The notes under the pieces: generated by a model | The model's database searches: none | What the model was told of the DNA's origin: nothing | Seen by the model: the letters and a program-made list of their open reading frames with translations, nothing else | From: Tubiluchus corallicola | Lineage: Eukaryota > Animalia > Priapulida | NCBI GenBank assembly: GCA_030141605.1 | Contig: JAQGDQ010000644.1 | Coordinates: forward strand, 55,907 to 119,906 | DNA: 64,000 nucleotides | Direction of reading: 5' to 3' | Program-made: the position numbers and the translations under genes | Part shown: positions 1 through 11,826 of the stretch, one piece after another | Numbering within the stretch: position 1 is the first letter of the stretch | Layout of the letters: the number at the start of each line of letters is the position of its first letter

Positions 1-166
1 AGACACAGAAAAAATGGCACAAATAAAAAAGTAGGTAAAAATGGCACAGGAAAAAATACCACAAGTGGAAAAGTAAGTATGAATGGCATAGAAAAAATGG
101 CACAAATGGAAAAGTAGGTAAAAATGGCACATGTAATATACTGATGCAATTGATTTCTATAATAAA

Positions 167-447
167 ACTAGAATGCGCTCAGCAGGAAGTAGATCTTTGC
201 CAATGTCGAATAATCCTAAACTTATTTGTCTGATTCTTAAAAATTAAAAAAATTAACACAAAGATAAACAAGCAAACACCCAAAAATATACCTGCATTGG
301 TTTATATAGACTTGCATTGCTTTATATAGACTAACAAAGGTCTTCATTAAGAAGATTTATAATCAATAATGCACAAATGTTCCTCATAGTGTTTATCTGC
401 CTTTTTTAACCAGTAATTTTGACGATGGTAATAGTAGGTAATATATA

Positions 448-512
<65 letters not shown>

Positions 513-992
513 ATACATATATATATGACACGTATGACAAATATATGCAAATATATATATATTATATAATTAAATATATATATTTAAATGCCAAGTTACC
601 TTATAAGACTATACACATTAATAAGCAACGGTTATTGACAGATTAACAGCTATATAAGCGAGAATTTCTGGAAATGAACATGGAACTAACTCGTTGTTTG
701 TACAAATAGAGTCTGGAGATAACAAAAAAGTACTAAATGTGTCTCTGAGACCTCCACGAAGTGCTTCACGAATGCTTTTTTGTACATGGTGTTCGGTCAA
801 GTCTTGTATAAAAAAAACCGGCGAAAAGATTTCCATTTTTGCAGTCAATATCAGCCTTCTCCACAAAGTTTCATGGAAGTCTATTAGGTAGTTGCCTAAT
901 AGGCTTACCATCATAACAGACAAAAACAACCAAATAAACAGAAAAACAAACAAACAAACTGTGTTGAAGCGTAACTTCCTTGGCAGACGTAA
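167..992 (+). mobile_element. Possible Helentron-derived non-autonomous (HINE/DINE-like) element nested in the TIR element
   Basis: Starts ACTAGAATGCGCTCAG...GATCTTTGCCAA and ends AAACAAACAAAC...TAACTTCCTTGGCAGACGTAA (subterminal inverted repeat), with internal (TA)n. Resemblance to HINE termini is from recall. Confidence 0.35.
450..509. repeat. (TA)n microsatellite
   Basis: Directly visible pure TA run. Confidence 0.95.
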
Positions 993-1806
993 AAATAACT
1001 AAAATAATTATCCCTCGCGTAAACCCAAGCCCTAAACTCCATTTTTTTCCTGTGCCATTTTTACTTACTTTTCCATTTATGCCATTTTATGCTGTACCAT
1101 TTTTACCGTATCATTTTCTCCTGTGCCATTTTTTCCTATGCCATTTTTTTCCTGTACCATTTTTTCTTGTGCCATTTTTCCTATGCCATTTTTTCCTATG
1201 CCATTTTTTCCTATGCCATTTTTCCTATGCCATTTTTCCTGTGCCATTTTTACATACTTTTCCATTTGTGACACTTTTTCCTGTACCATTTTTACCGTGC
1301 CATTTTCCTATGCCATTTTCTCCTGTGTCACCTCCTGCGCCAAACTCAAGATGGCACCTTGCTGTGGAAGGCATAAGGTACGTCCCATGAAAACCTCCGT
1401 CCATGACGTTATTCTATAGATGCTACACCTGCTTCTTCCGCATAACATCTATAACGTTGAGTATTTGCAAAATTTAGTTTTTAAAGTAAATGTAGTTACT
1501 TTTGAATTGTCATTTATTACATACACAAGTATTTGCTAATGTCTTTATATTGTTATAGCTATATATGTATATCGTTAAAATAAATATGTATATATTTACG
1601 TTATATCACCTACTACAAACCCAGACATGAGGATAATAAACATCGCTTGACAAATGTATAATAAATCAGCATTATTCTTACAAGCTGCTATGCAAGGACA
1701 ACAATTCATCAAATTATACATAAACTGAACTATGCAAGAAAAGGTGTTTTGAAATAGTATCGTATACCCTGGACACTCTCATCTGATCTGCTTCATTTTG
1801 TTACAG

Positions 1807-1916
1807 TTGTGGCATGATTACCAGTTGACATGGAATCCAGATGAAAATGATGGAATTACCATTATACGAGTAGCATCAGAAAAAGTTTGGACGCCTGACA
1901 TAGTTCTTTTTAACAA
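1807..1916 (+). CDS. nAChR gene 1 (non-alpha, beta1-like paralog), 110-nt loop A exon; upstream exons lie outside the window
   Basis: ttacag|LWHDYQLTWNPDENDGITIIRVASEKVWTPDIVLFN-aa|gtaaga. Contains the WxPDIVLxN motif; 110 nt; the phase-2 end joins exon 3724 to give NNADG. Confidence 0.93.
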
Positions 1917-1946
1917 GTAAGAACACTAACTATAGCTTATTATTAA

Positions 1947-2553
1947 AGGGAGACAGGACGGGATAATTTTTCATATACTACCTCATTTTCAAGTTCGATA
2001 AAAAGTGTACATTTTAACAAAATTAATACTGCAAAAAGCGTTTCTGATAACTAAATAGTAGATTAAAAATTTAATTAACTGCGGGCGAGCCCAACCTTTG
2101 ATGACATCACAAACTAACATAATGTTCAACAGCAAAAATATTCCACGGGCGTGTTGCACGTGTTTGCGAAAACGAAAACTGAAGTTGTACAGTAAGATAT
2201 TCAGTGTGTGCTACTAAAGCTAGGCAAGTTTTAAGATAAAAATTCAAATTTAAAAACTGTGCCCACGCACGAGCTGTCGAACGTGTGTAGTTCTTCACAA
2301 ACTAGCACATCTGAACTGAGAGGTACAGTTCTTGTTTTTTGTGCAACGCTTTCCGCAGGCTTTAAGGCCTGTCTAACTAGCGAATGGCAAAATGCATGTA
2401 ACAGCAACGAACTAGTGGCGCGAACGTGAGAATGTGTTTGTGTGGTGATAATTCTTTCACGTAAGTCACTTTTTAAAAAAAATTGTTTCCTTTCAATATT
2501 TTAAAGAGTAAATTGTTTTGACATACAGTTTAAGATTGGGTTCCGGTTTTGCT
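1947..2553 (+). mobile_element. TTAA-flanked non-autonomous DNA transposon, family A copy 1 (Kolobok/T2-MITE-like)
   Basis: TTAA at 1943-1946 and 2554-2557, termini AG...CT; colinear over its full length with 42494-43056. Confidence 0.75.
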
Positions 2554-3723
2554 TTAAATTTTACCCTAACGTGAATAATTTGAGCAGGTTTTCTTACTTG
2601 GCAACGGTCGGGTTTTTGGAAGCAGCAGACTTTTCTAATATCACTCGATAAACCGTGTGAGTAATTATTCAACTTAAACCATGTACCACCATCGATTACC
2701 TTTCACAGAATCACGCCCTGTAATGGTTATGCAAACCGTAATGAACAATAATCTTTATTGAAATGCTGTCAGAAGGTAAAAATTGTTAATATTCAATCCA
2801 ACATCACAACTACTTGATTTTTGGCATATGAAACTAGGTAAAACGCTTTAAGTAAATTATTTGTTAGCCTGCTGCAATATTAGAGGTCATGTCATTTCAA
2901 TTAAAATAGCTTGGGCTGTAGGGATGAGTAACACTTGCAGTGATCTTAAATTAAACTCACAAAACCTCAAAAATCACCTCTCCATTGCTGAGCATAGATG
3001 CAGCAGCAAAGATATTCCTTCCGTTAACAGAGAAAAACGTAATGGTCTTTATAGTATCAAATATTATAATATTTATTCAGTAGGCTTCGCCCTAGCGGGC
3101 ATCATCAGCTGAGTAGAAAATACTGGTAGGTTGAGAGTGGTAAATGTCTCTCTCAGGCTACCAGCATTTCTATTCAGTTGGGCATTTCCATAAAGGCCCA
3201 GGAGAGCTCTCTCGAAATTGCTTTCAGTGTAACTACTTTCAACATAACAAATTTTGTGCTTATATATGCATGAAAGAAATGATGTCTTTGTCTGAGCAAT
3301 CTGTATAACCTGGACGCCAAGATATGCAAACTGCCAATCATTATGCACAACAGAGTAAGGGAACCGTAAAAAACATTTGACTTCTCGACCTGGGTGTTCA
3401 AAGCCTAGAAAATCATTTTCCTTTTCTCCTTCACTCGTTCATTCACGACTGACACTCTTTTGTTAGAACTACAAACATTTCTAACACATTAAACTAGAAG
3501 CCCATCAGCAGATGAGCCAGGGAAATGCATTCTACCTCGAAAGAAGCGTCACAGACTAGACGCTAGTACGTCCACATTAATAAGTTTTCCACATCTGACA
3601 AGGGTGAAGTCTTTGTGTTCTATATATTTTTGTGTTTTTTTGCCACAGACAGATACTATACACAACACTACTACTAATATTAATACTACAGGTAATAACC
3701 AACTTCTTTTTCTCTTTTTCTAG

Positions 3724-4690
3724 TGCTGACGGAAATTATGAAGTCGATTTCAAATGCAACGTGGTCGTCTCGTACGATGGAATGGTCCTCTGGGTGCCTC
3801 CTGCGATCTTCGAAAGTTCCTGTGCTATTGATGTCACGTACTTTCCTTTTGACGAGCAAAGATGTGAACTAAGATTCGGTTCTTGGACCTTTGGTGCAGA
3901 CAAATTGCATCTGGGACATTATGACAAAAGAAAGCACATCGATTTAACCGATTATGTAAAGAGTGGCACGTGGGACATCATTGGCGTCCCAGCAGTTTCT
4001 CCAAATTACAGCGTGAAGGCGTCAGCCGATGATGCTAATTCTGCTAACATTGTCTTTTGGGTAAAAATACGTCGAAAAACTCTTTTCTACGCTGTAAACT
4101 TGGTGATACCATGTGTTCTTTTAACTTTTCTCAGTTTGCTCGTATTTTACTTGCCGGTTGACTGTGGTGAGAAAATGACTTTGGCCCTGTCTTTGCTTCT
4201 CGCATTGGTCGTATTCTTAAATCTGGTTTCCATCATATTACCTCCGTCATCGATGGTGATACCGCTCGTGGCAAAATACTTGCTGTTCACTTTTATAATG
4301 AACGTCATAACAATTCTGGTAACGGTTGTGGTGATTAACTGGAACTTTAGACAACCGACGACGCACACAATGTCTCCTTGGATCAGAACTCTTTTTCTTG
4401 GCTTCCTGCCAAAACTATTCTGCCTCTCGCGACCTCAACACGAACAAGATCCATTGTTACTTCTCCTGAGTAGCACAGACGCCAACAAGCTAAACATTGA
4501 TATACTAACAGGCGATCTGAGTATTAATGAGTTGCATCACCCCTCCTGTAGTCACCTTAAACCAGAACATGATATTATTATCGAGAAAGACGATAGCGAA
4601 GGCGTGATTTCAAACGCGGAGGCTGACCGAACGGCATCTGCCATCGACTTCATTATCGAGCATTTACGCATGGAAGATGAGATACAAAAG
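3724..4690 (+). CDS. nAChR gene 1, large exon (Cys-loop, loops B/F/C, M1-M3, intracellular loop)
   Basis: ttttctag|t-ADGNYEV...CAIDVTYFPFDEQRC...FGSWTF...RRKTLFY...GEKMTL...HLRMEDEIQK|gtaaag; 967 nt. No vicinal CC in loop C, so non-alpha. Confidence 0.96.
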
Positions 4691-7065
4691 GTAAAGTAAA
4701 CTAGAAGCCGTACGTGACTACTGAATCACTACAGTCATCAGCTAGGCATAATTTGGGCAAAAGACAAATGTCGAGAGTTTAAAGAACAAAGAAATATAAT
4801 ATAATAGAAATAGCTACAATTGACCTTTCAAAATGACTTGTGGTAGGCTACGTTTCACAAAAATTGACTTTTACAGTTCAAAAAAGGCTAATTCTGAAAT
4901 TAATTTCTCTAAAATTTTCAGCACTTAATTTCATCCTTTTTCTATTTATTAATTTACTGTATTGCCGCAGTTCTGGTAAAGACTGACTGCCACGATGTAG
5001 TGAACCAACAGCCACTAAGCATTGGAATGTCGCGAATACCGTAATCAGTAAATTTGCTTCATATTAAAAAGATAATATGAAGCAAAAGTTCAGAAATTTT
5101 GCCACCGTGAAAGTAAACATGTTTCTTTGACAATTCAGTAATAAGTATTCTGATGCATAGAATGCTCACATTAACCACCAGGCATATTAATGGAACTTTA
5201 GACCACGTAAACGAGATCAGGTTAGTAACTACTGACAAACTATCAATGGCTTACAGTTCATAGGCGACTGTATGCTGTTTATTATATTTTTACATCTTGA
5301 TTATCGCTTTGCTGCAACTTCTCAGAAATTTGTCCTAGACAATCTAGATGCAGATCACACCACTACGCTTCACTGACCGCATATTAAAATACATATATAA
5401 TATATATAATATGTACATTAAATATTTTTCTTAGGCTTCTCATAAATGCAATTCTTCGCCAGAGATTCTCATTTTTTAAATGTTGCCCCGAACATGAAGT
5501 GGCTGTTGTACCTCGTTTGGGGAGATCTCTGGAAAAAAAGAGTAGTTAACTTACGACCTTTTAACGTTTATTCACAATTAACGTGCCTTACCTAAAACAC
5601 TACATGCTGATCTGATTGTAAAGCACCTCTAACACTAGAAATTATATTCAGCCCTTATAGAAAAACGTAGTGCACCCTTCAAGATCGAGTAACAATCTGT
5701 CTGAACCTAATATATGTCTGAACCGATAACGTGAATAACTTTACCTGCAGGTAACATATTGCCTATAGCGGCAATAGTCATTAAATACTTTGGCCACACC
5801 AATTAATGTGTTAGGTCGGTACGTCCTGAACTTCTTTTGTCGGGAAAGCAAACGTTTAACTCAGGTGACATGCAATGATTAAATCGTTACTGTTCTCCAC
5901 AGATCGACAAAGTTGTAAGCATTCCTCATTAGCGACATACATTTTGTAATGTTCTTGCTTCAACAGAGAATCTGCATAGCTTGAGATGTGCAGTAAATTA
6001 CTACACAATAGCTAGAAATGGCAGTTAAAACAACGGCGTTACATGACATGGTGTCAAGCCTGGGAAACAATCTGTAAACAAATATAAACGTAACTTACCG
6101 CAATTGACGTCAAACATATTGGTCTATCGCTCCGCCTCCGCTGTAACGTAAGCACACTCAGCAGCATTCGGAACAACAGCTCACGCAGGACAACAACTGT
6201 CTAAGGCTCTAAGCTAAACTAAACTTAACTAAACAACATGACAGTCAGAACAAATGCCTAATCAGCAGATAAACTGATTGGGCTTTTTCATCAACACAAA
6301 TATGCAAAGCAGCAGCTGTTTTTACACGAAATTAACACTTTAAGTAGGCAAAAAATGACTTTTCAATTTAAACAGAATGTAGAGACGAAGTTTTATAGCA
6401 CTACAAAATACAGAGGCTTAAATAGAATAAACTAAGCCCGTTAGCCTTGCTTTACGGTAAATGAACATCAAAAATATTAAGTCTCTCTTGCCTTTAAACA
6501 TACGAACATCAAGCCTGCGATGTATTTTTCTATATTAACTGACCATGTGCTCGTCTGCAAGATTTATTCTGTTTTTGTATTTTTCCGTTTGTCAGGCTAC
6601 GGAAATGGAATAAATTTAACTGTTCCATTCCATAGAGACCCTTATACTGAATGCCCGAGTCACATAAGTCCCAATGGTATCTTGCAAAATGGTTTAATCA
6701 GTAACTTATAGTCGTAAGCGTTGTGCATTTCTTCCTATTAAACGAAACTAGACTATGTATTTCCACTAATTCACTTGCAATTTCATTTGACAATAATAAA
6801 ATCTAGAACCAGGCCAATATTTCTCCCGCTAACTAATGAAAAGTTGAGCATTTTTCATAACAGTGTTAGTCGGAGCTGCAGCTAAATGTCCCGAACGTAC
6901 CTGCTGCAGGGATGTGTGAAATAACTTGCACGCTGATTGGACAGTCAACTAAAATGATTGACATTTTGTTAGATGTCAATTTCTTACCGGACCGGACCGT
7001 ACTGCCAGCCTTACTTACCGATACCATAGTACTCATTATAAAAAAACTTTTAAACTATATTTCAG

Positions 7066-7269
7066 AACCGACAAGACTGGCAATTCGTTGCGATGGTTTT
7101 GGATCGTCTGCTGTTGCTAATCTTCTTTACGGTCTCAGTAGTTGGAACAGGATCAGTTATGATGGATGAGGAGGCCAACGTTATGTCTTTTGTGGACCAA
7201 GATAATATCATCTACGTTCATAGTCAACACTATGATCAATATAATACAACTTTGAGCTCGATTATGTAG
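7066..7269 (+). CDS. nAChR gene 1, terminal exon (M4 and extracellular tail)
   Basis: tttcag|NRQDWQFVAMVLDRLLLLIFFTVSVVGTGSVMMDEEANVMSFVDQDNIIYVHSQHYDQYNTTLSSIM-TAG. Contains the DWxxVAMVxDR motif; phase 0 matches the preceding donor. Confidence 0.93.
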   Translation, partial: NRQDWQFVAMVLDRLLLLIFFTVSVVGTGSVMMDEEANVMSFVDQDNIIYVHSQHYDQYNTTLSSIM

Positions 7270-7480
7270 TTACGTGTTGTTTTGGTGTGGCCTGTCAATC
7301 CAAGTTAATTTTTGATTGAGGTGTGTATGGCAGGTACTGACTGATGAGTGGCAATAAGCTTGTTGGTCACATCCAGTTCAATTTTATTATTGCATATTGG
7401 ACTGTTGATAATGTCACACGAAATGCTCCTTAACAATTTTTTGCTAATTCTACCATGATTTTTACATACGTAATTATTAC

Positions 7481-7486
7481 AATAAA
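7481..7486 (+). terminator. Candidate polyadenylation signal of gene 1
   Basis: AATAAA about 210 nt after the stop codon, followed by T/GT-rich sequence. Common in AT-rich DNA, so weak evidence. Confidence 0.35.
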
Positions 7487-8809
7487 ATAATATTTTGTAA
7501 TACACATTTGTTTTCGGTGGATTCGATTAGTCTGTAGTGTGTGCTGAATGTTTTTCAGCCCTAAGGCAGAGGTGCAGCTAATGGAGGAGCAAGGGGAGCA
7601 ACGGCGCCCCTTAGAACATTTTTCAAAATTGGCGCCTTTTCAACTATTTTTAGTTCACGTGTGCAGTTGCTGAATGATCTTTTAGTCGGCTGAAATAGAT
7701 AAAGTTCGACCTTGGTTTTACAATGGGGAGGATAGATTGTCTGGGTTAGCTTTACTTTCCAGTCAGTAAAAGAGAGTTGTCTACAGTAAGATGGATTGTA
7801 CTAAGTTACAAATTACTTTGCTAGAACGAAGCCCAGACGAAAGACACTGTTGTAGTACCTTCATGATACATTTTTCACAATCATTTTGTTTTCATTTTAC
7901 GTTAAAAATTAAAATAGTTAAATTACACACGTTATGTTTTGAGATTTTAGAGCTTACTGTAAAACTTTTTGTTGTGTTTTAATTTTAAATACAAAGTAAC
8001 AAATATGTACTTCCTTTAAAACTGTACATTTCTCGTGTTTTCATTTTAAACACAAAATTAAAATGTATAATCATTGCGTTAAAAAATTGTTTGATATGTG
8101 TCACGGCGCCTTTTTGTGTGCTTGCTCCCCCTAACTTTTGGGAGAATAAAAATTTAGGGCGAGTTCAGGGCAACAATAGCAATAGTGATAAGTCTATCAG
8201 TACCGTTTCTTCCTATTAACTCGCTTAAAACTGAGACGTCAATTATCGCCCGGGCAAGAATGCAAACTGTGCACTTTTTCCGTATTTTATCCTTTGTATT
8301 ATTTCGACCCGAAATTGAAAATTTCAAATCGATTTCTGAAAAAATACTGAAATTAAAAAGTTCAAACCGTAAATTGTGATAAACACATTAATTTTGCCAA
8401 TGGCTGTTTTAAGATTAGCTTTATTTATTTTTTTATACTACGTGTTCGTTTCTTTTTGTGCAAGCTACCAAACTCAAACATACTTAACATATTTTATATG
8501 TATTGCATGCTGAAAAATCTAAAGATTCCACTTATAAAATTGAGCACAGGTATTACGTTACTTATGGATTAATCAAGTTGCGTAGAAAGACATTCGTAAT
8601 ATTCAATCTTCAAATAAGATTCCCAATCATATGTCACACTGTAACTGAAACGGACGTTAAAATTACAGTGCAAAAAAGGAAACTACCATGATAACATAAA
8701 CAACATCTCTTACATACAATGCAATTTTGGACACAATCGTTTCGCCAAAAATAAACCTAATTTCGTAGAAAGAGAGTTGAACGCTGCTACTACTCTAGTT
8801 GTGTAGCAC

Positions 8810-9292
8810 TAGCAGTACCAACACAATCAGCAGCAGCGCCAACACCACCAACACCAGCATAATCAGCAACAGCGCCAACACCACCAACACAAGCACAATC
8901 AGCAGCAGCCTCAACACCCTCAACACCATCAGCAGCAGCGCCAACACCACCAACGACAGTGCAATCAGCAGCAGCCTCAACACATCATCAGCAGCAGCGC
9001 CAACACCACCAACGACAGCACAATCAGCAGCAGCGCCAACACCACCAACACCAGCACAATCAGCAGCAGTCCCAACACCACCAACACCAGCACAATCAGC
9101 AGCAGTCCCAACACCACCAACGCCAGCACAATCAGCAGCAACCCCAACACCACCAACACCAGCACAGTCAGCAGCAGCCTCAACACCCCCAACACCATCA
9201 GCAGCAGTCCCAACACCACCAACACCAGCATAATCAGCAACAGCACCAACACTACCAACACCAGCACAATTAGCAGCAACCCCAACACCACA
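8810..9292. repeat. 36-bp CA-rich minisatellite (CAACACCACCAACACCAGCACAATCAGCAGCAGYSC)
   Basis: Repeating 12-codon unit seen as AAVPTPPTPAQS in the ORF track; some units carry deletions. Confidence 0.9.
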
Positions 9293-10810
9293 TCTATGCG
9301 AAAGATTGTATAAGTTGAACAGTTCATAGGAATTTGAACTTTCTATCAAATTATAAAATGACAAATGTTAAAGTACATGTTGTATTATTAAATTAATCGC
9401 TTTGTCTTCTTGTATGTAAATAATATCAGAGCTTGTTTTTTGTTGTCAGTGTTTAATATTTATTTTGCTACTAGTTTACTTATTTTTTATTTTACTACTG
9501 TACATGCGTGTCCGAAATAAATGATATTAATAATAAACCAAATAATATATTGATTGTGCCATCGTGCTTCCTATTTAATTTTGGTAGACTTATTTAAAAT
9601 ATAGCTGCCACTTGCTGCGCTGTCGTTGCTGGACGTATGTGAATGGGACTCTTAAACCGTAACCAATGTTTAAAAGACATTAGTAATTAACGTTGGCTTG
9701 TTTTAGCGCAAAACAAATTCCAACTGCACAGAAGCCTTGCGCCTAAGCGCTTGGGAACTGAAGCCGACGTTAGCATTTTTCTCAGACCAACAAGCGGCTG
9801 TTCCTATCTATACTTAGCTTGCCGACACAGTTTCAGTTTTCAGTGTATGCATTAAGTAAGGCTAAAGAAGTGGGAAACAGTGTGAGTAATTATAGGCAGC
9901 CCACGTTCACAGTTTAGTTGCCGATGCTTCGGCGTCTTTATATGATCCTTTGGCTGTGTCAGGAGATTCCTTTGGAAAATCTGAGGATTTAACGTTCTAG
10001 AGCACCCGACACTTGTGTTTCGACCTCGTTTCTAAGCGTCAAGCTTTCTGCGAAAAATTTCTTTCCCAATGGGAAGTTACAGACTTTGAAAGTTGAGATG
10101 TGAAGCCAAAATAAACTTGTTAATGTAATAGTTTGTATATAAAAGATAATCCGTAATGTGGTGTACACGATTTCTGTATGTAATCAGTGGTAACGTAACG
10201 TGCTTGCAAAAAACGTGCGCCTACGTGTTTCAGTTTTCTGCGAACTAAAATCATTTTTCGTGAAACATAGCTTTCTGTTTAGCTGTGAAGCCACAATCAT
10301 TTGTAGCAAGAGTCATAGTTTTCTGCGTAGAGGGCAGCACCGTCGGTTTATTGGCTTCCGGGCTCCCAGGACTTCGCGGGAGATGGGTTGTAATGTGGTT
10401 AAGTCAGATTAAAGTGTGCACAGTGGAATGGAGACAGACTCTTAAGCAATCATGAGTTAATGACATTGAGGTGCGTGACAGATGTGATCTAAGCGTCAAA
10501 CATAGGTGAGAGGATGAGACAGTTGTGTGGATTACTGGTGTCATGCCTGGCTTTTACTGCTGGTAGGTACAAAATTAAACTTGGTGTCTATCAACTCATA
10601 CAGTTCTTTTGTTACAAGAAAGGGTCCTAAGTAAATTTGTTACAAGAGAGGGTCCTAAGTAAATTTTAGAGTTTTATTAAAGTACGAAAAATTCGTAGCC
10701 TAAGGAATAGTCGTTAAGAATACTGTGGCCGAGTTTGTGTGCTAAAGGACACAAGCAAGTCAGTGGTTTTACATAGTTTAGATTTGTTATTCTATTCTTG
10801 TCCTGCTTAG

Positions 10811-11183
10811 TTCTATTCTGTTCTGTTCTGTTCTGTTCTGTTCTGTTCTGTTCTGTTCTGTTCTGTTCTGTTCTGTTCTGTTCTGTTCTGTTCTGTCGTG
10901 TCCTGTTCTTTCCTGTCCTGTTCTTTCCTGTCCTGTCCTGTCCTGTCCTGTCCAGGACCTGTCATGCCCTTCCCTGTCCTTCCTGTCTTGCCCTGTCCTG
11001 TGCTGTGCTGTCCTGTCCTATGCTGTCCTATTCTATTCTGTTCTGTTCTGTTCTGTTCTGTTCTGTTCTGTTCTGTTCTGTTCTGTTCTGTTCTGTTCTG
11101 TTCTGTTCTGTTCTGTTCTGTTCTGTTCTGTTCTGTTCTGTTCTGTTCTGTTCTGTTCTGTTCTATTCTATTCTATTCTATTC
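10811..11183. repeat. Compound pentanucleotide microsatellite (TTCTA/TTCTG/TCCTG)
   Basis: Directly visible. Confidence 0.95.
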
Positions 11184-11826
11184 CATATTATATTACATTA
11201 CATCCTAATGTTATGTCGCCACACAGTACAATTTGCATTTCTTTTGTCATATTTTCTGCATTCTTTTTTCTAATTCCCTCCATTCTGCCACTCTGCTATT
11301 GCCAGCCTGAACTAATTAGAAACAATTGTTTTTCTTGATTCATACATGCGTACATCTTTTCCTGTAAACTCCACCAAGCGTAGTGTCACCTAATGAACTA
11401 AACTGTCCCTAAATCATTTTGCCTGCCATAGAAAGCGCAATGCCAGAAATCAGGTTGTCATGTGGCAATATTATACATATTAGCAATCATACTTCCTACT
11501 GAAAAGAATACTTGAGAAAAATGTTATGTTGTCGATCAAGGTCATAAAGAATTTTTCTCAGAAGTTTTGCACTTTTGGGTAACCTCATAAGACTTCAACA
11601 GCGAATTGGTGAAACCGCTATAAGCGATAGAGGGCGGTTGTCTAGCGCATGGGCCCCGAATTGTTTTACAGGAGGTAAATTTTGGGGTTGATAGTGACCA
11701 AAATGTAAAGTAGTTGGAGCTCCATCTTTCGTGACTTTTTACAAACTGCAGCCAAGCCAAGCGGGTCAACGGATTACACGTGCAAGTGTTAATATTATAC
11801 TGTTATAATGAATAGTCACTTTAGAT

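Larger units (their letters stand above)
1..1332. mobile_element. Probable non-autonomous TIR element with subterminal AAAATGGCAYA(GG) repeat arrays (left end at or just before the window start)
   Basis: 1-131 is an array of AAAATGGCACA/AAAAGTAGGT units; 1040-1332 is the same array reverse-complemented (TGTGCCATTTT). The ends match: AGACACAGAAAAAATGGCA at 1 vs TGCCATTTTCTCCTGTGTCACC ending 1332. Confidence 0.6.

Noticed and set aside
3632-3723. Hydrophobic N-terminus of the 355-aa ORF as the signal peptide of an intronless receptor
   Set aside because: Starts at GTG, is the polypyrimidine tract/acceptor region, and the true upstream exon (1807-1916) joins in phase.
3724-7269. Cephalopod chemotactile receptor, anion-selective nAChR, or pseudogene
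   Set aside because: Canonical beta1-like motifs and the cationic GEK are retained (no PAR-type motif); no stops or frameshifts in the three visible exons.
7567-8140. hAT-like MITE starting CAGAGGTGCAGCTA
   Set aside because: No matching right TIR or TSD found; boundaries unsupported.
8795-9364. Mucin-like or Gly/Ala-rich protein ORFs
   Set aside because: All overlapping ORFs coincide with the 36-bp minisatellite; no splice or domain support.
10001-10045. Minus-strand hammerhead half (GTCGAAACAC-AA-GTGTC), and a similar remnant near 12275-12303
   Set aside because: No intact CUGANGA core or complete stem II.
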